Shown here: positions 38,814 to 50,600 of the stretch, one piece after another | Layout: every line of letters starts with the position of its first letter | How positions within the stretch are numbered: position 1 is the stretch's first letter | From: Azolla caroliniana | Taxonomy: Eukaryota > Plantae > Polypodiophyta | Reading direction: 5' to 3' | DNA length: 64,000 nucleotides | NCBI GenBank assembly: GCA_043228905.1 | Contig: JBHGNT010000015.1 | Location: forward strand, 1,550,001 to 1,614,000 | Notes under the pieces: generated by a model | Told to the model about the DNA's origin: nothing | Database searches by the model: none | The model's input: only the letters and a program-made list of their open reading frames with translations | Program-made: the position numbers and the translations under genes

Positions 38814-41789
38814 TAGTATACTTGAGGTTTTCTTGTGGGTCCATCGAATGTGTTTGTCTGTATATCGAGGACAACATTTCACATCTTTCATTGGACTAAT
38901 TATGCATAAGTGTGAAACACTTCAATTAGATACTTGATTAATTACGATGAGTTAATTGAATGGAAATATTGTAGATTGTGCATGCTACTTGTACATAAAA
39001 ACATGTCGTATCAATGTAAATGATCAATAATCGTGTGATAGTTTGTTTGTGAAATCATAGAATAAAGTGGACAATAAAATCATGACTAAAAGAATGTAGG
39101 GGGATTATAAATCATCATATTAGTAGCCATAACTAAATGTAATCATTGATTGAATGAGGATCTCTACCTCCATCCAAGATACTACTCACATAAGAAGTCA
39201 TAAGGTTTGACAATAAATAATTTTATTAAGAACAACTCTAAATAAACATACACCATTCAACCTCATGCTTGCTTGATATTACGCTACTACTAATTTATTT
39301 TGACAATTAACGAAGTTGACACTATATTATCGCAAACTGTTATTTGAAAACACGCGTTAGTATTTGAATCCCTACATTGTATCCTCTTTATCATTAATAT
39401 TTACGAGGACAAGAGCAAGAACTTGATTTACCTATGCTAGTCTTGATGTACAATAATATGTACATGTAAGTTAATTTCTCTTACTAATGGCCTTTCATTC
39501 ATTATAAAATGTCAAAAGGAGGACCTTATACATACATACTTAAGTTTTTGAACTTGTGTACCTAATAAACACAACGTCTATTGCGATCATTTTGAAGTTG
39601 ATGGTTGGTTTTTGTTCACTCTTGTTAATATTAAGAATCAAATTAATGAGTTTTGGGACATAATTGTCTAACGATGAAATAATCACGAACCCATATCTCG
39701 TTAATGCATGCATTAAAGTTACTTTTACACTTACAATATGCAAGCATCTTGCATTTTAACACACTACTCATGAATTGCATGTTATCATGAACTGGCATCT
39801 TACTAACATTGTTTCTACATACAATGTAGAAATCATGAAATTTTTATCTAGGAAAAAATTCAAACCAACCAATAAAAAAGCACAGGCATTTGATGTTGTG
39901 GAAATGAAGGAATACTTCCATTAACAATATAAATTGTAGTGAATGTTAAATAATGACATGGTGGTATATGCAACAACATGGTATCTGACCAATTCGACTA
40001 TCCCCCAATTGTGCATAATTAGATGTGGTATATGAGTAAGAGAATCCAACTTTGATGGAAATTCCATGAATATGATGTTTGTTTCTAAACATTCAAAGGA
40101 AAACATGAATGAGTCAGTCCACTGACACAATAATATTTCATTATAAGCTTATAAGTTTTTAACGAGAAACCAAATGTGTGAATAGAGGATATATTAATTG
40201 ACAAGAGGAATAGATGAAAAAGCTCAAAAAGATAACTTCCATTGCGTAAAATTTAATGTTTAAACTTACTTTACTTCACAACTTTATAAATGCATTCAAA
40301 GATGAATATTGAATGGTTAACAAGAAATTATATGTTTTGAATTCAAATTTATGGAAGAGAGATGATAATGCAAGACAACCAAATAGTATGAAGTCTTTCA
40401 TGTTTTCAAACTAATTGGCACTGGTATCTTTATTCCATTAGGAAGAAAATGGTTCCATCATTATTTACCGACCCCAAAGGGTCAATATCCATTGAACAAG
40501 CCCCATGACAAAACCAATATTAATCATTCTCAAATTTGGATCACATTGGAAAAGAAGGAAAAAAGCCATGACGCTGACATGGTGGTTTAAGCATTTGGTC
40601 ACAATATATACACAAGTCTCTTTCTCACCATTGTACCTGATTGTCAATATTGATCTGCATTTAATAGGAAAAAATAGCTACGTAGATCTAAAAGGAACAT
40701 TAACAAACCTAATTAATAGTGTAACACAATAAGAGCTTGAAAATGACCATGATGCAGATTTAGCCTTGGGATGATAAAGACTGCAATGTAGATGACTTAG
40801 GGTGGGTTGTAAATCCAATGATATAGATGACTCTATTACCACAATGTTTGATAAGTTCTATTAGAAGGCACGAGACGTTCTCCTTCAGCTCATATCAGGA
40901 ACACGTGTATTATGTTTTAGTAGACGTGTCACCGAACACACGGAAAAAAAAGACTTGACCCTTAATTTTCGAGATCCGTAGGGTAGTTTTGCCTATCGTA
41001 TAAATGAAAAATCTTGAAATGATCTATAAATAAAATAATATAAGTCAATGAAATGTTTGTGTACTTATTGCCATCGTGCAATGTAACAAGGGAAACCTCA
41101 TTAAATGATCACACACACACACACACATATGGTATGGCGCAACATACTTTGTTTATCAAATGGAAAAATGATCACACACATACCGTGGTGTCTAACTACT
41201 ACCAAATATTAAAGAGGCCAAGTGAGGGAATCGCGGAGAGGGACGGTGCAGGTCGCACCGCTGATGGCGCGTTCGATCTCCACCGTCCAAGATGGATGTG
41301 GAATAGGCGCGAAAAAGCGCGCCACGTAAAAAGGGAGCCCGGCTCATACAAAATGGAGCCCGACTCATTAAAGAAGGGCTCCACTTTGTGAAAGGGAGCC
41401 CTTCTCATTCATGTTCAGGGAAGTATAAAAACCCATTCAGGCAAAATGGAGCCCGACTCATTAAAGAAGGGCTCCCTTGGAGCCCGACTCATTAAAGAAT
41501 GGCTCCATTTTGTCAAAAGGGAGCCCTTCTCATTCATGTTCAAGGAAGTATAAAAACCCATTTTCTGTCATTTTCTGTCATTTTCTGTCATTCGTGGGTT
41601 TGAGGGTTTAGGGTTTTTGAGCGAGGCGCACCACCTGTCTGCGAGCACTCGTTGCAAACATCTCCGGTGAGGCACTGCGAGCACCTGCAGTCCAGAGGTA
41701 GGCATCATATTCCTTCTATTAGGTTTTGGTTTTTATTAGGTATCATATTCTTTCTATTAGGTTTAGGGTTGCTTCTAATAGGTACCATA

Positions 41790-42600
41790 AATGTGTGTAT
41801 GATTAAATACATGTATGTGTGTATGATTCAATACATTTGTGTGTGTATGTGTATGATTAAATACATGTATGTGTGTGTATGATTGAATACATTTCTGTGT
41901 GTGATGGGTTTAGGGTTACATGTATGTGTGTATTTAAGATCTTCTTTGGGCTGTGAATGTGTGTGTTTGTTGTATGATTGAATACATTTATTTGGGAATG
42001 TGCGTGTATACATGTGTATGATTGAATACATTTCTGTGTGTGTATGATTGAATACATGTATGTGTGTATGATTGAATACATTTGTGTGTGTGATGGTTGA
42101 ATACATGTATGTGTGTATGATTGAATACATTTGTGTGTGTGATGGTTGAATACATGTATGTGTGTATTTAAGATCTTCTTTGGGCTGTGAATGTGTGTGT
42201 TTGTTGTATGATTGAATACATTTATTTGGGAATGTGTGTGTATACATGTGTATGATTGAATACATTTCTGTGTGTGTATGATTGAATACATTTGTGTGTG
42301 TGATGGTTGAATACATGTATGTGACATGTGTGTATTTAAGATCTTCTTTGGGCTGTGAATGTGTGTGTTTGTTGTATGATGAATACATTTATTTGGGAAT
42401 GTGTGTGTATACATGTGTATGATTGAATGCATGTATTTGTGTATTTTAGATCTTCCATGGGCTGCGAATGTGTGTGCATGTGTATGATTGAATACATGTT
42501 TGTGTGTATTTAAGATCTTCTATAGGCTGTGATTTAATACATGTATGTGTGCATTTAAGATCTCCCATGGGCTGTGTATGATTGAATACATGTATGATTT
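41790..42600. repeat. Composite minisatellite (TGTATGATTGAATACAT core) in the probable 5' intron of the MULE zinc-finger gene
   Basis: Many 22-26 bp units plus a recurring longer TTTAAGATCTTCTTTGGGCTGTG block. Confidence 0.9.
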
Positions 42601-42798
42601 TGATTTTGCCAACATTTGAATGTCATTTAAATGCCAACATTTGAATGCTTGAATTTGCCCATGTGATTCATGCATTATTGGGCTCTTTTTTATGCCCACA
42701 TTTGAATGTCAAATCTAAAATCTTGTATACATTCTTTGCGTTTTTTCTCCCTAATAATAGTAATGTAATGAATGCCTTTCTAAAAATGTTTTGTACAG

Positions 42799-43621
42799 AT
42801 GGCTAGTCGGTCCAAGATCTTCATAGACTTTGATGCAGATTGGGGTGAAACAATACCCTATGAAGGGAGGTATGGCATGAATCATTTCTCTACTTTATAT
42901 TGTGTATAAATAATAATGTTTGTGTGCTAACTTGAATGTTGGTTTAGGGTTTATGTAAGAAAGGGTGTTAGGTGCCCCAAATCCAATGATACGGAGGCTG
43001 AAAACATCATTACTCAAGACTCGAGCATGGATACGAACCCCATGCATGACGTGGGTCCAGGTGTTGAAGATATCAAAGTAAATGGTGAGTTTATGTCCAT
43101 TCTTATAATCATTATTGATGTAAGCATATTTTGGGTTTTTCTAATGCAAATGTGACACCATTGTTATAGTGGACCCTATGTCCCTCTTCAAGTGTGGAAG
43201 AGACTCAACAGGTATCAAATGTCGCACCTGTATTGTGGGAGATTCGTGTAGAAAAGACGGGAGATGGTTTCGAAAAAAAGCGGACATGGAGGCCCATTTA
43301 CAGAAGGCACATGGCATCCATGTAATACTGCCTCGGGGGCTAAAGATAGACGAAGAAGAGCAATCGACCTCCATGAGGAGTACAGCCACATCATTCTTCA
43401 GCGAATACGAAAGACAACGATCAATAAATCGTTTTTTGGATCCGGAGCTCAAGTATAATAGATCACGCCTATCACACATGAGGAAGTTGAGGACAAGAGC
43501 AATGGTTTGGATTCGAAGACGTGGAGCTCCTTCGGAAAATCATGGCAAAATGGGCACGAAGGACTTTGGGCATATGACTACGTGGAGTCATTTTGCAATG
43601 GTTGTATATGACTCAATGTAA
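42799..43621 (+). CDS. Transposon-borne spliced ORF, ~219 aa, with a C2H2-type zinc finger
   Basis: Exons 42799-42869, 42948-43084 and 43170-43621 join through GT-AG in one frame (660 nt). CRTCIVGDSC..WF..KADMEAHLQKAH. Confidence 0.65.
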
Positions 43622-43960
43622 ATCATTTTGGTTGTATATGAATCTCATTTTGGTTGTAGATGACTCAATGTAAATCATTTTGGTTGTAGATGACTCAATG
43701 TAAATCATTTTGGTTGTAGATGACTCAATGTAAATCATTTTGGTTGTATATGACTCAATGTAAATCATTTTGGTTGTATATGAATCTCATCTTGGTTGAA
43801 TATGAATCAATTTTTGAATCTCATTTTGGTTGTATATGAATCTCATCTTGGTTGAATATGAATCAATTTTTGAATCGCATTTTGGTTGTATATGAATCTC
43901 ATTTTGGTTGTGTATGAATCTCATTTTGGTTGTATATGAAAATCATTTTGGTTGTATATT
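43608..43960. repeat. 30-bp and ~21-bp minisatellites inside the MULE
   Basis: Units TGACTCAATGTAAATCATTTTGGTTGTAGA and TGAATCTCATTTTGGTTGTATA. Confidence 0.9.
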
Positions 43961-44094
43961 GGAATTGTTTTGGGTGTCAAAAGAATAAGACTAATAGCTT
44001 ATTGACAAGTAGTGAAGGCAATGGTTTTTGAGAAAGGCCAATAAAGAGTAAGTATATAGAAAGAGTGCTTCGGTCCTTACGTAAAGAATACATA

Positions 44095-44330
44095 GTAAGA
44101 CATAATGTCAATCCATTTCAAAGACATAATAAGACTCAATGTCAATCCAATTCAATGACATAATAAGACATAATAAGACTCAATGTCATTCCATTTCAAA
44201 GACATAAATAAGACTCAATGTCAATCCATTTCAAAGACATAAATAAGACTCAATGTCAATCCATTTCAAAGACATAAATAAGACTCAATGTCAATCCATT
44301 TCAAAGACATAATAAGACTCAATGTCAATC
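44095..44330. repeat. ~35-bp minisatellite inside the MULE
   Basis: AAGACTCAATGTCAATCCATTTCAAAGACATAAAT, about 6 copies. Confidence 0.9.
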
Positions 44331-44334
44331 TTAT

Positions 44335-45468
44335 GACTAAGGTTAAAAATCGGGAGTGCCATGACTAAGGTTGATTGGGCTTTGATCTTGCATCATGCCT
44401 ATGCACTCCGAGATCTTGGGAAAGTGGCACATGTTCAACCCTACCTGCATGGTGAACCAGGATCTCCCGCCATACAACCATTTATCTTGATACTTCAAGA
44501 TCAATGGATGTTGGAAATGTGTGAGCGGTTGACCCTAAACAACTCTTGGGCAATCGACTCGACATTTAAAATAAACCAATTTGGGCTACCATTATATGCC
44601 GCAGTTGCCCCCAATGCCATGGGAATTGGGATCCCATTATGGTACATGCTTTGTAGTTCTGATAAGGGGTCAAACCATGAGCAAGTGGCATTAGAAACTT
44701 GTTTGAGAGTCATATTCGCAAGGATGCCCACGGTGAGGCCAAATGCGATAGTGATCGATAAATGTTGGACGTCATATAATGCCATAACTAATGTGGTTGC
44801 AACAGACCGTCAATCTTGGATTGTTGTAAATGGGCAACGGTCCCAAACACATTTGTGGTTTGACATGTGTGTGGAGGAAACTCTGGCCCAAGTTTGGTAG
44901 AATGTTCAACTATGGACATGTTGACACTACCAATATTGTGGAAAGACATTGGCAGTTTATCAAGTATACTGCCTTGAGGGGAAGAATAAACCGATCAATT
45001 ACCGACCTTCTACATGTCTTAATCGGGGACAGTGAAACTGGCACTTGCATAGGAGGAACGGTAATAGAGTGGTACAAGCAACGACAAGAAATATGTGAGA
45101 GTGGTCGGTTTGCACCTCGTGCGAATTGTAGGGATCAAAGGTCTCGACTTAAAGAAGCAGAGAGAATATTGGAAAGGTATGTCGAAAATAGACATCTCGC
45201 AAGAACTTATTGGCAGCAACAATAGACATCTCGTGCAACAATAGACATCTCGCAAGAACTTATTGGCAGCTCCCCAAACACTTCCAAATCCCACTCCGGA
45301 AAATTACAAAGAGGTGCTAGTCGGGCTAGGAGGAGATTGCCATTGGTTGACCATGAGAAGGTTCGGTGTTTGCGTTGCGATGGCTTGACCTTGACTTCAA
45401 GGGACTCAAATGTTACATGTTGTAAAAATTGTGGTTGCATCTTGCAATCATCCCGACATGAGCCATAA
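44335..45468 (+). pseudogene. MULE transposase remnant (DDE core fragments plus C-terminal CxxC-CxxC)
   Basis: WAIDSTFKINQFGLPLY (D1), PNAIVIDK (D2), TTNIVERHWQFIK...RGRINR..DLL (E). The frames are joined across deletions and the CxxH region is absent. Terminal CLRC..CKNC before TAA at 45466-45468. Confidence 0.8.
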
Positions 45469-47141
45469 TCTTAATATGTATATTTCAATTTAGGGTTGTC
45501 AACATCTGACATTTTAATATTTTATGTAAGACTTGTTATTTGAACCTTTACGTTTTTTTGAGAAATTTTATGGTCAGTTTCATGGAAAATATTTGTTGTA
45601 CACTTACAATTTTGTGGAGTTTTTGATGTTTGTTGCTACAGAGTCGGGCTCCTTTTGACAGAGTCGGGCTCCTTCTTACTGATGTGATCTGACAGCGGGG
45701 CTCCTTCTGACAGAGTCGGGCTCCCTCTTGCATAGGCTGTCTGACAGCGGGGCTCCTTTTTGACAGAGTCGGGCTCCCTGTGGCAGAGTCGGGCTCCTTT
45801 TCGCAGAGTCGGGCTCCTTCTGACAGACGTTGTCAGCTTTTTATCCATCTTGGACGGTGGAGATCGAACGCGCCATCAGCGATGTGACCTGCACCGTCCC
45901 TCTCCGCGATTCCCTCACTTGCCCTCTTTAATATTTGGTAGCAGTTAGTCACGAGCCACACATACACATACACATACACATACACATACAATGGTGCAAT
46001 GTACTTGGTTTATTAAATTGGATTGACATGCAATGTAACTAGGGAAACCTCATTAAATTATCACACACACACAAATACAATATGGTGCAACATACTTGGT
46101 TTACCTAATTAGACACACTAATAAACTACATCAGAAACCAAATCCTTACATGTTGTTAGGTTATTATTGGCTAGATGGATCAATCATAATTGAATAATTT
46201 GATTTTTGTTATCATTGGCAATGTTCAACAACATTCTCTCCTTGAAGGCACCTCCACCCAAGGTCTTTCACGCACAAACCTTGTGAATCTTCTAAGTTTG
46301 GACTAAGATGTGGACACATAATGAGAGATTCCTATCATGTGATGGAAATATTTTAGTTACCCTCAATGACAATGTTGGCATATTTTTTTTACTGACTATG
46401 CAGCATGTGAAACACATGCTTAACTATCCAGGTGAGGCGTGGGACGATTAGAATTTACATACATGAGGAAGAAGCTCCCTAATTTTGTTGGGATTTCCAT
46501 TTACAACCGTACATATCGCATGGTTTTTGCTTTGTGCCTTTTTAGGAGTTACGAGTTACAACACATGGAATAGATGTTATGGGATGGTTGTATGTAGAAA
46601 AAGGCAAGGACGAGTTTATGCAATCAAAAGTCATGGGAGGGATGTACATGGAGAGAGACTAAGAGGGAGGGGGGGGGGGTGGGGTGGGTGGGGGTACTAA
46701 TTGTTATCGTAAGCCACACACCCTTTAGCAAAGTGAGGCATGTTGTTTTTATGAAAAGAGGCACTTATTGCTACAACTCACACCATACATGTGTAGACCC
46801 TACAGGACAAATGATGGCATTCATATCAATGCAGTTATATAGCGAAGGGAAAAGGAAAAAACAGAATAGCCGGAAATTTATAGTAGCCCGACGAGAAGCA
46901 ATCATTTGGTTTGTATAGGAGCCGTGATTTTGATTAGGGATTAGCACTGGAAAAGCCATCGAAACAGAAGAAGCAAGTGTTCCGATGTATCAAGAGTGAA
47001 CAATGCAAGTGTTATATCACAAGAAGGAGAAGAGGAAAAACATGAAGAGCAGATTCGTGTTTAGTTGCCACTACTAAGTTTGGAACCCTAGATAGACTGC
47101 CGGTGATAAGCCGGAGGTGTCCAGTTCGGTAAAACAACCAT

Positions 47142-47214
47142 CGGGATCGACAGGTCTCGAACCCACAACTTCCAGCTTGACAAGGCAATGCTCTAACCAA
47201 TTGATTATCGATGC
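47142..47214 (-). pseudogene. trnD-GUC: Decayed plastid-type tRNA-Asp(GUC), probable NUPT
   Basis: Reverse complement GCATCGATAATCAATTGGTTAGAGCATTGCCTTGTCAAGCTGGAAGTTGTGGGTTCGAGACCTGTCGATCCCG matches the layout of chloroplast trnD (CAATTGG, TGTCAAG anticodon loop, GGAAG, GGTTCGAG, TCCCG). Stems are disrupted. Confidence 0.75.
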
Positions 47215-47314
47215 ATATCATCCACAGAAAACATATACAATATGTATCCATGGGATCGTTACAAGCAACTTTGTTTTGGCTTTAGTGGGCGGATTTTTAA
47301 TTAATCAATTAAAA

Positions 47315-47440
47315 TTTATTTTTATTTTTACTTTTCGATGAATGGGTAAATAAAATACCCCATTTTTATTGTAAACCAATTATTGTCTCATGGGGCCAAT
47401 TTTGGTATTTGAAGACGTTAATATATCTTTCTTTCTTTGA
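47315..47440 (+). mobile_element. Short copy of the LINE family A 3' tail (extreme 5' truncation or SINE-like)
   Basis: ttttcgatgaatgggtaaa...taccccattttt..gtaaaccaatt..gtctcatgg..ccaattttgg..gacgttaatat followed by (TTTC)n; matches 25330-25428. Confidence 0.8.
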
Positions 47441-47493
47441 GTCTCTCTCGGCTTCCTTCCGGGGTAAGGAAGAATACGAGCCAACATTGGCCG

Positions 47494-47552
47494 ACGTGGA
47501 CTGTATAGGCCACGTGGGCGCGCCCCCGTGGCCCGTATACGAATGACACGTG
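47494..47552 (+). promoter_or_regulatory. G-box/ABRE cluster in the GPX promoter
   Basis: ACGTGG at 47494, GCCACGTGG (CACGTG at 47511) and GACACGTGGC (CACGTG at 47547), 150-200 bp upstream of the ATG. Confidence 0.55.
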
Positions 47553-47698
47553 GCTGGACAGATAGGCGTATACGCGCCTCATACGTATACGTGTGTGTAT
47601 ATACGTATACATACGTATATATATATATATACGTATATATACGTATATATGTATGTGCGTACAGTGCTCAGGCGAGAACTATCTTGTGGAGAGGAGAT

Positions 47699-50600
47699 AT
47701 GGCTCTGTTTCTGTCTTCTCCGAGTCTTCGATCTCTCGCTGCCATCGCCCACTACCTTCCTCCCCTCTCTGCACCATCCAAAGCCTCTGTTACCAGCAAC
47801 AGCAGCAGCAATACCATCGTCCATTGCTCCTTCAGCATCAGAGCTTCCATAGATCGTTTCGACCACAAATCACTACAGGTTTCGTCATCGTCATCGTCTT
47901 CATCATCATCGTTGTCTTCTTCGTCTTCTCCTCCTCCTCTTCGTTTCCAACCATCAAGAGCATCTGCCTCTGCCTCTGGCTCCGTGGCAGAGGAAAGCAT
48001 CCATTCCTTCACTGTTAAGGTATGTTGTCCCCCAAATCTCTTTCTCTCTCTCACTACTTTATTTTATTTTGTTTTTATTTTTTTGTTTCAATGAATGGGT
48101 AAATACCCTATTTTTGTTGTAAACCAATTGTCTCATGGGCCAATTTTGGCATTGAGAAGACGTTAATATATCTTTCTTTCTTTTCTTCTCTGGCATCCTC
48201 AATGAAGATATTGTAAGGTAATTCCATTTATTGTCGAGATGGAAAACACGGAAATGAGATACTCTAGATGTGTCTGTGAGTAAAATTTCCCTTTTTCTTT
48301 CTCAGTTGAAATTCTCAACTAGAAGTGTCAATGTATGCTTGCCCATCTGTTTGCCCATTCTTCTTCTTTTTTTCCCCTCATGAAGCCCCTGCAAGGTTTA
48401 ACATGAGAATGTTGCCCTTTTTCTTCTCGATTAAAACTCTGGAAAGCGGATATTCCAGAGGTGTAAAAATATGCTTGTGATTTGTTTATACCTTTTCGTT
48501 CTCAATGGAATTAACTGTCATATAGAATTTTTGGTAGCTTTTGTAAGAGTTAACATGAATTAATCCCTTCTTTATCCACAGGTGTTAACAGTTGTTGGTG
48601 TGATATCTTTCCCCCCCTTCTCTTTTCTCATAAAATTTAGCATCTAAAGATGCTATATGGATTTTTTTCTAGGGTGTAATATGAGAATTTGCCATTTTCT
48701 TCGAATGGCATGTCTAAATCTAGAAATACGAAATGTCAACTTTTGTAAAGTTTATGATAAGATTTTCCCTTTCCTCTTTATCCAGAAAATTCCTTCTTGC
48801 TTGTTTTGTTCTTTTACTTCGAATAAAAGAAGCCATTTAGATTCTACTGTTAGGGTATATTTTTGTCAGCTGTAACATGAAGTTTTCCCATACCTTTTTC
48901 TTCCCAGTGCAAAATCTCATACACAGGTGCTATGTGGCTTTTTTTTAAAGGTTTCACTTGAAATTCTTCATTGATCATTGAGTGTCCATGTTTCCTAATA
49001 TGGACACTCAGAGGATCTTTGTATATATCGGCTTGCAACCTTGGTACTGCTTTGATTTCTATTTCTGCAACCGTAGGTTTCATGTGAAGCCCATGGGCAT
49101 GGGTTTGAAATTTTGGAATTCAAGATCCATTTTATCCCTTCCCCGACAGAAGAGCTTCGGTAGCGTACAATGAACTTGAAAGGTTGACGGGTGTTCGGCC
49201 ATATATACCCTGTGGTTTGAAATCACAATGCTCTCTATAGGAAACCACAATGTCTATTCTCTTCTATAACTGTACAGAAAATCACACTACTTTTTGAGCG
49301 GTGGACAGGAATCTTTGTGTGCCCCTATGTACACAATTCACCAATCAAAACGAAAGTCCTAGTTCTCCTTATTGAAAGATTTCGCTGACAAAGGATACCC
49401 TCTAAGCACAATGATGGGGCTAGAGGTTGAGAAAAGAAGAATTCCTCTTCCATTGGGAAGGTTTTCATACAGAGGATCCATCCTCTGAAGCACAAATTGT
49501 GAGGCTCGACTTAGACAAATGAAGAATAGTTTTCTTCTTCTGCTTTGTCATGTCAATAGACCATTTGAATGAGAGAGAGAATGCAGATATATATTAAGGT
49601 GTGTTAGGGAAATCGGCCTTGAGATGAGTCATGATTAGAAATATTGGTGAATTCAAGCTATCTACACTGAAACAAAAAAGAAGAAGCTCTAGGTTTCTTA
49701 AAGTTTCATTAATCTTAATGCATATGGTTGAAATGTGTGAGATGGTTTACGACCATGAAGTGCATAACCAATATATATGGGATCAGTAGTGGCGAGGGGG
49801 TCGTGGTGTTTAAGTTTGGTTGATGCGATGAAATGAGGCTACAATGATGTTTATTGAGTGCGTCTGGGTGTTGTTGGGCAGATTGGACATTCGTGCCCTT
49901 TATCCTGGTACTTCTGTCTTCTTTGTCATCAACATTCACCTGGTTGGTCTATGATGGCTCTTCAGCATGTTGTGAATGGAAGTGTGAGACTATGAGAGAA
50001 ACTTCTAATTAGATAGCCAAACACATTTGTCTACTCTTCCTCCTCTGTAGTATGAAAGATAATAAGCATAGCTATTGGGAGCGCAGTTTGGCCTGGAAAA
50101 TATGAATCGCATATAAATCCTAAAAGTCGAGGTTTGATTTATTGGGTCTTAAAATAAATCAAACAAACTTGTGAAAACTGTGTGCGCTTCTCCTTGCTGC
50201 ACTCCATACACAGTTTAGTTTTTGCAGTTCTGCTTGTTATTCATACACTTTTTATGTTTTAATATCAGACTTCATGTTCAACAGGATATTGATGGCAATG
50301 ATGTAAGTTTGAGCAAATATAAAGGCAAGGTCCTTCTCATTGTGAATGTGGCTTCACGTTGGTATGTACATTTATTCATAGGTGCACTTTGAAGTACATG
50401 TTTTGTAACATATCATGGGCTATATAGGTTAAACTCCTTGAAATATGCTCTGGTTTTTTTACTATCAGTGGTCTTACAACTTCCAATTACAATGAGTTAG
50501 GGGAGATCTACAAAAACTTGAAGGGTCAAGGTAAAATTTGTTTTTTCCAATATATGTGCATAAGAGAAACAAATTTACTAGGATTTTGGGTGTGAAAGTG

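Larger units (their letters stand above)
41192..45948 (+). mobile_element. Mutator-like (MULE) DNA transposon, internally deleted, with long TIRs
   Basis: 106-bp TIRs at 41192-41297 and 45843-45948 with 4 mismatches by eye. Inverted subterminal GGAGCCCGACTC repeats. MULE DDE fragments inside. Possible 9-bp TSD ACACATACC/ACACATACA at 41176-41184 and 45958-45966, ambiguous in a CA-rich flank. Confidence 0.88.

Noticed and set aside
40380-40660. Possible CACTA transposase relic (GL..DG.DPFG-like) on the minus strand
   Set aside because: It needs several assumed frameshifts and no CACTA termini were found, so it cannot be supported without a search.
41828-42432. 186-191 aa His/Thr-rich ORFs
   Set aside because: These are translations of the TG-rich minisatellite, not genes.
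50350-50475. Possible selenocysteine GPX
   Set aside because: The catalytic codon is split TG|T across intron 2, giving TGT (Cys), not TGA.
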